This document shows, piece by piece, positions 17,566 through 27,400 of a DNA stretch of 30,500 nt. A model generated the notes under the pieces. The model was not told where the DNA came from. It worked only from the letters and a program-made list of their open reading frames with translations, and did no database searches. This DNA comes from Paludibacteraceae bacterium (GTDB lineage: Bacteria > Bacteroidota > Bacteroidia > Bacteroidales > Paludibacteraceae). Location of the stretch: the NCBI GenBank assembly GCA_017550055.1, contig JAFYMM010000160.1:1-30500 (forward strand), read 5' to 3'. The translations under genes were made by a program, and so were the position numbers. Within the stretch, counting starts at the first letter, position 1, and each line of letters opens with the position of its first letter.

Positions 17566-17596
17566 CAAAGGTACAAAAAAATGTATAAAGTACAAA
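17566..17596 (-). promoter_or_regulatory. Sigma-A promoter for LRR-rdgB-porZ
   Basis: Minus strand TTTG (17596-17593) - N19 - TACCTTTG (17573-17566), ending only 5 nt before the ATG. Confidence 0.75.
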
Positions 17597-17611
17597 GTAT
17601 AAATTGTAATT

Positions 17612-17642
17612 TTTGTTGTGTGGATTTTTTTTTGTACCTTTG
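17612..17642 (+). promoter_or_regulatory. Sigma-A promoter for the SDR gene
   Basis: TTTG (17612-17615) - N19 - TACCTTTG (17635-17642). Confidence 0.8.
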
Positions 17643-17666
17643 CACGTTTTTATATTACAAAATATA

Positions 17667-19178
17667 ATGAAGAAAAGAGTATTTATTACTGGGGCTACAG
17701 GTCATATGGGATGGGCTACTGTTCAGGAGTTTATGTCTCGTTTGGACCGATTTGATGTTACGGTTTTGGCTCGCGATAGCAAGAAAAATCGTAAACTTTT
17801 AGCTCCTATTCAAGACAAAATTCGTATAGTTTGGGGTAATCTTGCTAAATATGAGGATGTTTTACGTGCGACAGAAGGAGCTGATTATGTTCTTCATATA
17901 GGAGGATTGGTATCACCTAAAACCGACTATTTCCCTAATCGTACTCGTAATGTTAATATCACAGCAGCAAAGAATGTTGTGAAGGCAGTGTTGGCACAAC
18001 CTAATGCCGATGATATTCGTGTTTGTTATGTAGGTACGGTTGCGCAAACCTCTGACCGAAACGAGCCTATTCACTGGGGACGTACGGGCGACCCTATTTG
18101 TATTTCGGTTTATGACCATTATGCAATTTCTAAAACGATTGCAGAACGTATATTTGTTGAAAGTGGCATAAAACATTGGGTGTCACTTCGTCAGTCAGGA
18201 ATTCTTTATGCAGATATTCTTAAGAATTATGACCCGATTATGTTCCACGTTCCATTGCGTGGAGTGCTTGAATGGGCAACTGTAGAGGATTCGGGTCGTG
18301 CGATGGCTAATCTTTGTGAGGATTGGGTTTCACCTGATTTTTGGAATCGTTTTTATAATATTGGTTCAGGGCCAGAATATAGACTTTCGAACTATGAGTT
18401 CGAGTGTAAGCTGTTGAAAGCTATATCATGTCCTCGTCCAGAGAAAATATTCAATCCAGAGTGGTTTGTAACACGTAACTTCCATGGACAATGGTATGCT
18501 GATTCACAAGTGCTTGAGGATTATCTTCATTTCCGTGCCAATGTGCCAGTTGATGAGTATTTCAATCAAATGAAACGTCAGCTTCCTTGGTTCTTCTCGT
18601 TGGCATGTCTTGCACCAGCTCCGATACTTAAACTTGCTATGCGTCCAATGGCATACAAGAAAAAATGGGGTACGCAGTGGTGGATTAAGAATAATGACAC
18701 TCAGCGTATTGCGGCTTATTATGGGTCGATGGAAAAATATAAGGCTATTAAGCCGTGGGCAGAGCAAGACCTTTCGCATCCGAGTGAAGAGGCAATTATT
18801 CTCAATCATGGATATGATGAGACAAAATCGCGTGATGAGTGGACTATTGAGGATATGCGTCAGGCTGCAGAATTCCGTGGTGGTAAGTGCTTGAGCGAGT
18901 CGATGACAAAAGGCGATTGGCGTACACCATTAGAGTGGGAATGCCAGTTTGGTCATAGATTCAAGGCATCGCCTGCGCTTGTTCTTCTCGGTGGACATTG
19001 GTGCCCTGAGTGTTTGCCTGCTCCTTGGAATTATGATGAAATAGCCAAAGGCAATCCATTCTTTGCTCAAGTGTGGGAACCATTCCACAAGGACGACCCT
19101 CAACCTAATTTTTATCCCGAATCGATACTTCAAGGTTGGGATGGAGATGATAGGGAGTTAACAGCTAATCGCTGTTGA
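17667..19178 (+). CDS. NAD-dependent epimerase/dehydratase (extended SDR) with a C-terminal zinc-ribbon-like module
   Basis: Start MKKRVFITGATGHMG (GxxGxxG), YAISK (YxxxK); C-terminal KCL...WECQFGH...HWCPEC. Confidence 0.8.
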   Translation: MKKRVFITGATGHMGWATVQEFMSRLDRFDVTVLARDSKKNRKLLAPIQDKIRIVWGNLAKYEDVLRATEGADYVLHIGGLVSPKTDYFPNRTRNVNITAAKNVVKAVLAQPNADDIRVCYVGTVAQTSDRNEPIHWGRTGDPICISVYDHYAISKTIAERIFVESGIKHWVSLRQSGILYADILKNYDPIMFHVPLRGVLEWATVEDSGRAMANLCEDWVSPDFWNRFYNIGSGPEYRLSNYEFECKLLKAISCPRPEKIFNPEWFVTRNFHGQWYADSQVLEDYLHFRANVPVDEYFNQMKRQLPWFFSLACLAPAPILKLAMRPMAYKKKWGTQWWIKNNDTQRIAAYYGSMEKYKAIKPWAEQDLSHPSEEAIILNHGYDETKSRDEWTIEDMRQAAEFRGGKCLSESMTKGDWRTPLEWECQFGHRFKASPALVLLGGHWCPECLPAPWNYDEIAKGNPFFAQVWEPFHKDDPQPNFYPESILQGWDGDDRELTANRC

Positions 19179-19235
19179 TTTTTGCTTCGCTCGGCAATTA
19201 GAATAAATTCTATTGCTTTCGCTTATCGCAAAAAT
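19178..19235. repeat. Hairpin-forming intergenic element (CTTCGCTCGGCAA...TTGC type)
   Basis: ATTTTTGC/GCAAAAAT outer stem, GCAA/TTGC and TAGAA/TTCTA inner stems; core TGCTTCGCTCG recurs at 5053-5063. Confidence 0.5.
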
Positions 19236-19347
19236 TGAGAATAAAAACTGCTAACTACTAACTATTTATAGATTTTGTTATTATCGAATTATTACCTAAA
19301 ACCTTAAGCTATTACAAAATTTAAAATCTAAAAACAATTGATTCGAT

Positions 19348-20304
19348 ATGACAATGAAAAGATTATTTTTGCTATTAAGTTGTGCTTTGTGTATGGCACA
19401 TTGTGCGTTTTCGCAAGAACGTATTGAACTAATTCCTTATGGAGATATGGAGCAGTGGGCAGTGCGTTATGTCAAAGAGAGTGCATTGCTTGGTGGTAAG
19501 ACAAAAACTCTTTATGTAGTAGCACCTACGGATACAATCAAGGGTAATAAGGCTTATACGTTTGAAAATACGCCATGGGGTATTTCGAATGCTTGGGCGG
19601 CACCTGCTGGTATTGATAAGGCGGCATGTACTACTCAGCCAGAACGACGTGGAGATGGTTGGTGTGCGCGTTGCGATACTCGTATTGAAACTGTGCGAGC
19701 ACTTGGCATTGTTGATATTAGAGTTGCCATTGCCGGTACGTTGTTTTTGGGTAAAGTAATTGAGCCTGTGCGTGATGCGAGTGATCCATATGGTGCGATT
19801 GAAATGGGCATTCCATTCACAAAAAAACCGAAGGCATTGATGCTCGACTATAAAACTAAAGTAAATCCAGAGCATAAACTTATAAAGGCTAAGATTTTCT
19901 CTGTTCAAGAAATTGATGGGCATGATGAACCTGAGGTTTATGTCTATCTTCAAAAACGTTGGGAAAAAGATGGCAAGATATATGCTAAACGTGTGGGTAC
20001 TATGCGTTATCGTTTTTCTAAAACCACTCCTAATTGGCAAAATGATGCTCGTTTTGAAATTCATTATGGTGATATTACGAAGGAGTCGTGGTTTAAGCCA
20101 TATATGGATTTAAATCCTAATGATGGTGCTTTTAAGGCTGCGAATTCAAAAGGTAAAATGGTGAAGATTGAAGAGATTGGTTGGGCTGACGAAGATGAAG
20201 CACCTACGCATGTGGTTTTGATGCTCACAGCAGGTTGCTATCCTGCATGGTATGGATGTCCGGGCAATGCGTTTTGGATTGATAATGTTCGTTGGGTGTA
20301 TTAA
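19348..20304 (+). CDS. PCMD (putative carbohydrate metabolism domain) exported protein
   Basis: 318 aa; signal peptide ending FS|Q; GTLFLG, GIPFTKKPKALMLDYK and GNAFWIDNV motifs typical of the family. Confidence 0.8.
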   Translation: MTMKRLFLLLSCALCMAHCAFSQERIELIPYGDMEQWAVRYVKESALLGGKTKTLYVVAPTDTIKGNKAYTFENTPWGISNAWAAPAGIDKAACTTQPERRGDGWCARCDTRIETVRALGIVDIRVAIAGTLFLGKVIEPVRDASDPYGAIEMGIPFTKKPKALMLDYKTKVNPEHKLIKAKIFSVQEIDGHDEPEVYVYLQKRWEKDGKIYAKRVGTMRYRFSKTTPNWQNDARFEIHYGDITKESWFKPYMDLNPNDGAFKAANSKGKMVKIEEIGWADEDEAPTHVVLMLTAGCYPAWYGCPGNAFWIDNVRWVY

Positions 20305-20331
20305 ATTTGATTTTCGATATAGGTTTATATG

Positions 20332-20374
20332 AATAATCCCGTAAGTTTGTGCGACTTACGGGATTATTTTTTTT
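20332..20374 (+). terminator. Intrinsic terminator after the PCMD gene
   Basis: AATAATCCCGTAAGT - 7 nt - ACTTACGGGATTATT followed by a T-run. Confidence 0.9.
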
Positions 20375-20442
20375 GGGTGGTTTGAAGTTGTGAGTGTGCA
20401 GTCGTAGTTGTAAAGGTGTTTGTTGGTATAAGTAGAGATTGC

Positions 20443-20508
20443 TTTATCCTATATTTATGGTATATTTATGGTATATTTATCCTATATTTATAGTATATTT
20501 ATCCTATG
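20443..20508. repeat. Six tandem 11-bp AT-rich repeats
   Basis: tttatcctata tttatggtata tttatggtata tttatcctata tttatagtata tttatcctatg. Confidence 0.9.
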
Positions 20509-20647
20509 TTTAGGGTAAGGAGAGGTATGGGTGGGAATTTAATAGTTGCGAGATTGTTTTTTGTTGTATATTTATGAGCAATAAAATGGGGTATTTTTGC
20601 GTTATATTTTCGTTGAAGAGTGGGCAAAAATATTTATTGTTTTTCGT

Positions 20648-20678
20648 TTTGAGAAGTGGATTTTTTTTTCTAAATTTG
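20648..20678 (+). promoter_or_regulatory. Sigma-A promoter for ruvA-sprA
   Basis: TTTG (20648-20651) - N19 - TAAATTTG (20671-20678). Confidence 0.75.
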
Positions 20679-20779
20679 TAAATTGTGTAAATTGTATTTT
20701 ATAACAAATTCAAATGGCTGGTAATTAGTGGTTTACTGATTGCTTGGTTTGTTGTATTATATTCTAAATTGTAAGTTTT

Positions 20780-21370
20780 ATGATTGAATATATCAAAGGT
20801 GAGATAACTGATTTGACTCCGACGTATTGTGTGTTGGAAACAAATGGCATTGGTTATATGTTGAATATATCGCTTGTGACGTATCAGGAGTTGCAAGGGC
20901 AGTCGGCTACGAGATTGTATGTTTATGAAAATATACGTGAGGATGCGCATGTGTTGTATGGATTCTTGACTAAGGAGGAGCGAGAGTTGTTCTTATTGCT
21001 CATTTCGGTGAGTGGTGTGGGGGCGGCTACCGCGCGTATGATTTTGTCGAGCTTCACGGCTATGGAATTGCAAGAGGTGATTGCTACGGGCAATGTGAAT
21101 GCAATCAAGTCGGTGAAGGGTATTGGTTTGAAGTCGGCGCAAAGAATTATTGTGGATTTGAAAGATAAAGTGCAAACAATAGGTGGTTCGGATGCTCCTA
21201 CGCTTAATTTGGCTACTGGGTCAAATGAAAATATGGAAGAGGCTGTGGCGGCATTGGTGGCATTGGGATTCCAACGTGCAGCATCGGTAAAAGTGGTTGA
21301 AAAATTGTTGAAAGAGGATGCAGTGATGCCTGTGGCCAAGATTATTAAACGCGCATTGGCGATGATTTAA
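20780..21370 (+). CDS. ruvA: Holliday junction branch migration protein RuvA
   Basis: MIEYIKG, LYGF...[43 protein letters not shown]. Confidence 0.97.
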   Translation: MIEYIKGEITDLTPTYCVLETNGIGYMLNISLVTYQELQGQSATRLYVYENIREDAHVLYGFLTKEERELFLLLISVSGVGAATARMILSSFTAMELQEVIATGNVNAIKSVKGIGLKSAQRIIVDLKDKVQTIGGSDAPTLNLATGSNENMEEAVAALVALGFQRAASVKVVEKLLKEDAVMPVAKIIKRALAMI

Positions 21371-21438
21371 GATACGGAGTAGGGAATAGGGAGTAAAGAT
21401 TTTTTTATTATTAATTTTTAATTGTTCATTAGTATATC

Positions 21439-24400
21439 GTGAATTTTTTTCAAAAGATAGTTGTTTTGGCGTTTTGCTCTGGGTTGGTACTTGGGGTAGT
21501 TGAGCCGTTGTGGGCTATAGGACAGGATGTTGTGACGGATGATGAGGTGCCATATTATAACGTTGAGGCTCATCAGGATTATATGTATGATCCCGTTCCT
21601 GCTCCTGAGTCAGCAACGAGGGTAAAACAGTTAGGCGGACAACAGTCAACAGTCAACAGTCAACAGTCTGTTGTTGATGTGTTGCAAGAAGATGCTCCAA
21701 TGGATTTGAAAGACCCATCGAATGTTGAAACTAAGATAGAATATGACCCAGAGACAGGGAATTATATTGTAAGGACAATGATGGGGGACGAGGAGTTGGT
21801 TTCGGCGTTTACATTGACGCCAGATGAGTATAAGCAGATGTCGTTGAAAAAACAGATGGGGGCGTATTGGGCAGAGAAGAATAAGAAAGCCGCAGAGAAT
21901 TATGAGGATAAATTTAATATCACGGACATGAAATTCTCGTTGGGTCCAGCCGAGAAATTGTTTGGTCCTGGCGGTGTACAAGTTAAGACTCAAGGGTCGG
22001 CTGAGTTGACCTTTGGTATTAAGCATAATAACGTGCAAAACTATTCGTTGGCAGAGCGTTTGCGTAAGACTACGACCTTTGATTTTGATGAAAATATTCA
22101 ATTGAGTGTGAATGCTACGGTGGGTGATAAGATTGGATTCACGATGAACTATAATACCGAGGCTACGTTTGATTTTGACCAGCAGTTATTGAAACTTAAC
22201 TATCAAGGCAAAGAGGATGAGATAATTAAGAGTATAGATTTGGGTAATGTTAGTTTGCCGTTGAATTCATCGTTGATAAAAGGTAACTCTGCACTTTTTG
22301 GTTTGAAGACAGAGTTGCAATTTGGTAAATTGAGTGTTACGGCTGTGGCATCGCAACAACAATCGGAGACAAAACATGTGAACTCGAAAGGAGGTTCGCA
22401 ATTGATGGATTTTGAGGTGGCGATAGATAATTATGACGAAAATAAACACTTCTTTTTAGCGCATTATTTCCGTGATACATACGACCAAAATATGTCGAAA
22501 TTGCCTCATATTATGTCGGGTGTTACGATTACGAGATGCGAAGTTTGGGTGACAAATAAGCGAGGAAACTTTGAGCAAGCACGTAATATTGTGGCATTTA
22601 TGGATTTGGCAGAAGGTGTTAGAGTAGATAATAATCATTGGAATACATACGGTGCAATGCAACCAGACAATGCGGCAAACTCGTTGTATGATGAGGTGAA
22701 AGCATTGGAAGGTGTGCGTGACATTCAGTCATGTAATTCTGTATTAGATGTGGCGTATAATTCTTATGACATATTTGGTGGTCAAGATTATGAGAAGATA
22801 GAGAGTGCGCGTAGATTGGAGTCGTCGGAATATACACTCAATAGTCAGTTAGGTTTCATTTCGTTGCGTCAAGCATTGAATAATGATGAGGTGTTGGCTG
22901 TTGCATTTGAATATACTTATAATGGTAAGACATATCAAGTCGGTGAATTTTCGACTGATGGTATAGATGCACCAAAGGCATTGATTGTTAAATTGTTGAA
23001 AGGTACGGCTACATCGCCACAGACGGCGTTGTGGGACTTGATGATGAAGAATATTTATTACCTTGGAGGCAACCAAGTGCAACAAGAGAAGTTTAAATTG
23101 AACATTCAGTATAAGAACGATTCGAGTGGCGTTTATGTGAACTATATACCAGACGGAGCAATAAAAAATCAGTTGCTTGTCAAAGTGATGAATTTGGACC
23201 GTTTGGATTCTCGTAATGAGCCTATGCCTGATGGTCAGTTTGACTTTGTGGAAGGATATACCGTTTATTCTTCTACGGGTAGAGTAATATTCCCTGTGGT
23301 TGAGCCGTTTGGCGAGCATTTGCGCAAGATGATAGGCAACGATGCTATTGCGGATAAATATTGCTTCCAAGAATTGTATGATTCAACAAAGATTGTGGCT
23401 CAGGAGTTGACAGAGAAAAACAAATTTAGATTGTCGGGTAAATATCAAGCAAGTTCGGGAAGTGTAATTCGACTAAATGCGATGAATGTGCCTCGTGGGT
23501 CGGTTGTGGTAACTGCTGGAGGTCAAACTTTGACTGAAAATGTGGATTATACTGTTGACTATACAATGGGTACCGTGACGATATTGAATCAGGCAATTTT
23601 GTCGTCGGGCAATAATATTGATGTGCAGTTGGAGAGCCAGAGTATGTTCAACATGCAGAGAAAGACATTGGTGGGTGCTCATGCCGAGTATGCGTTTACG
23701 AAGGATTTTTCTGTAGGTGGTACTATTATGCACTTGAGCGAGATGCCGTTAGTAGTTAAGACAGAGATGGGGTCGGAGCCAATAGCAAATACTTTGTGGG
23801 GATTGAATGCTGCTTATCGAGGGGATGTTGCATGGTTGACCAAAGGAATAGATGCTGTACCCGGAATCAATGCGACTGCGCCATCGAATGTAGTGTTTAA
23901 TGCCGAGTTTGCGCACATGATACCCGGACATAAAAAAGTGGATAACAATCCTGGTTATGCATATTTAGATGACTTTGAAAGCACTGAGACAACAATAGAC
24001 TTGCGCTATCCATATTATTGGCATTTGGCCTCAACACCATCAGACCCTACATCAGGAGCGTTATTCCCAGAGGCAATTAAGACAAGTAACACAGAGTATG
24101 GAATGAATCGTGCGTTGTTCAATTGGTTTACGATTGACAATACGGCGTTTAATCGTTCAAATTCACAAACACCAGAGCATATTCGTAGAAATAAAGACTT
24201 ACAAAGCAATCATTTAACCCGCGAAGTTAAAGAACAAGAGTTATTCCCTAATCGCGATGCGATATTGGGACAATCGTCGTATTTGCCTGTTTTGAACGTA
24301 AGTTTCTATCCATCAGAGCGTGGACCATATAATTTGGATTTAAATGTAAATCCATTGACTGGAGAATTATTGAATCCAGAGAAAAGATGGGGTGGTATGA

Positions 24401-27400
24401 TGCGTAAGATAGAGACTTCGGATTTTGAAACAGCTAATATCGAATATCTTGAATTTTGGATGATGGACCCATTTGTGAATGATACAGTAGGTTCGCATGA
24501 GGGTGGTGATTTGTATTTCAACTTGGGTGATATTAGTGAAGATATATTGAAAGATGGTAAGAAGTTTTTTGAAAATGGATTGCCAGGAAATGGAGACACA
24601 ACAGCTACTGATAGAACTGTTTGGGGTCGTGTGCCTCGTATTCAATCTACAGTATTGGCATTTGATGGAGATTTGAATGCTCGTGGATATCAGGATGTTG
24701 GTTATAATGGTTTGCGTACAGAAGATGAGTTTGAATTTGATACATACAAAAAATTTGTGTCGGATTTGAAAGGTGTGTTGTCGCAATCGGCTATTGATGA
24801 GTTGATGAAAGACAAATTCTCCGCATTGAACGACCCTGCAAGTGATAATTATCATCATTATAGAGGCTCGGATTATGACGATGAGGAGTTGACAATATTG
24901 GAGCGTTATAAGAGATATAATGCGCCAGAGGGCAATTCGCCTGCTTCGGATTTAAGCGATGAGAGATATTCTACGTCTGCCACAACAGTGCCTAATGCAG
25001 AGGATATTAACCAAGACAATACACTCAACGAGTATGAAAAATATTACCAATATCGCGTGTCATTGCGTAAGAATGATATGGAAGTTGGTAAGAATAACAT
25101 TGTCAATAAGATAGAAACAGAGGTTACATTGGCAAATGGTAAGTTGAGCAAAGTGACTTGGTATCAGTTTAAGATTCCAGTGCGTGACTATGAAAAACGA
25201 ATTGGTTCGATTCGCGACTTTAAGAGCATACGATTTATGCGTATGTTTATGACCAATTTCAAGGATGATATGCACTTGAGATTTGGTACATTGGAGTTGG
25301 TGCGTGGAGAATGGCGTGGATATAACAAAGATTTATTTACAATAGACAATCCTCCTACATCGGTAGCTTCGATAGATGTAACATCGGTGAATATTGAGGA
25401 AAATGATAATAAAGAGCCTGTTAACTATGTATTGCCTCCAGGCGTGAGTCGTCAAACTGACCCAAGTCAACCTCAATTAACTCAGCAAAACGAACAAGCG
25501 ATGTTGATGAAAGTGTTGGACTTGGCTCCAGGCGATGCCCGTGCAGTATATAAAAATATTATGTACGATATGCGTATGTATCGTCGTATTCAGATGTTTG
25601 TGCATGCTGAGCAGATAATTGGCGATGCTTCAAATCTTCAAGATTATGAAACGACTGTGTTCATACGTTTGGGTAGCGACCATACGCAAAACTATTATGA
25701 GTATGAAGTGCCATTAAAGTTGACACCAGCAGGGCATTATAATATTACTGAACGTGAAAAAGTATGGCCAGAAGAGAATATGATTGATTTCCCATTGGAT
25801 TTGCTTACTACAGTGAAAACCAATAGAAATAAACGTATCAAAAATACTAATGGTACAATGTCAACACCATTCTCGGAATATGACCCCGAAAAACCACAAA
25901 ACAAAGTGACTGTTGTGGGTAATCCAAATTTAGGTGATGTACAAACCATGTTGATAGGTGTTCGTAACCAATCGCGTACATCGAAAAATGTGGAGGTATG
26001 GGTCAATGAGTTGCGTTTGACAGATTATGACGAAGATGGTGGTTGGGCGGCATTGGCTAATTTGGCTGTAAATCTATCGGATGTCGGTTCTGTAAGTGTA
26101 GCCGGACGTTATGAAACTGCAGGTTTTGGTGGAATAGAAGAGACATTGCAAGAGCGTCGTCTTGATGATTACTATTTGGTTAACTTTGCTGCTCAGTTCG
26201 ATTTTGGTCGTTTCTTCCCTGATAAAGCAAATGTAAGAGTCCCTGTGTATTATAGTTATGGTGTGGAGAATAGTAAGCCTAAATATAATCCACTCGATGA
26301 AGATATTTTGCTTGAGGATGCATTGGACGCATTAGGTTCAAAAGAGGAGAGAGATTCGTTGTTGGTACTTTCGGCTACGAAGAATATTACCGAAAGCTTT
26401 AATATCACAAATATGAAAGTTGATATAAAGAGTAAGACTCCGAAGATTTATGACCCAGCAAACTTCTCTGTATCGGCTGCATATACGCAAACACAAGATC
26501 TTGACCCTGAAGTAGAACGTAATAGCAACAGATCATATACAGGTCAGTTTAATTATAATTTCTCAACATCGCCTCGTGCTTGGGAGCCATTCAAGAATAA
26601 TGACAAGTTGAAGAAATGGAAGATAATTAAAGACTTTAATATCAACTACGAACCATCTCTCATTGCGTTGAATATCAATATGAGTCGTCGTTATTCTGAA
26701 ACTCAATTACGCGATTTGACTGGGGCTATGTATGTTGATTATTATGACTCTAAAAACTCATTATTGTCGTTCTCGAAAGATTTTACTTGGAGTCGTAATT
26801 TTGACTTTAAATATGATTTGACTAAAACGTTGAAATTCTCGTTGAAAACAGCGACAAATTTGCGTTTTGACGAAACACAATATTCTCCAGTGAATAAGAA
26901 TTTCTTCCCTGATGAGTATGAAAATTGGAGAGATACTGTGGCTCAAAGTTTGGCTCATGGCGGTCGTCCTTTGGACTATCAACAAGTGTTTACTGCTTCG
27001 TGGGATGTGCCGATTAATAAATTCCCAGGTTTGGATTTTATCACTGCTAAAGGACAGTATAGCGCAACATATAATTGGAATACTGGTGTTGAGTATGCCG
27101 ATGGTGTTACTTTGGGTAATACTATTTCGAATCTTGCTATGTGGCAAGCTGATGGACAGATGAACTTCGAAACTTTGTATAATAAATCGAAATACTTAAA
27201 GCAAATAAATCAGAAGTTCTCATCGCGTAAGTCTAATAAGCGTCAATCGAAATTCACTCCTAAGAAATTCTCTCAAATTGTGAATTTAACTGATTCTGTA
27301 AGTCTTAAAGTTGCTCACCGCTTGAATAGCGACAACTTTGATATTATCTTTACCGATGCATCAGGCAGACCAGTGAAGGTGAAATATAAAGTTCTTGATA

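Noticed and set aside
17613-17666. Upstream TTG start for the SDR
   Set aside because: It lies inside the promoter; the ATG at 17667 gives a normal Rossmann N-terminus
19348-19410. PCMD or DPP-IV as lipoproteins because of Cys in the signal
   Set aside because: The Cys residues fall within the repeat-derived h-region; AFS|Q and AFA|N fit signal peptidase I better, although LLSC in PCMD cannot be fully excluded
20443-20508. 11-bp array as CRISPR, iterons or an oriC unwinding element
   Set aside because: No spacers or cas genes, no rep gene, and TTATCCTAT is 3 mismatches from the DnaA box TTATCCACA
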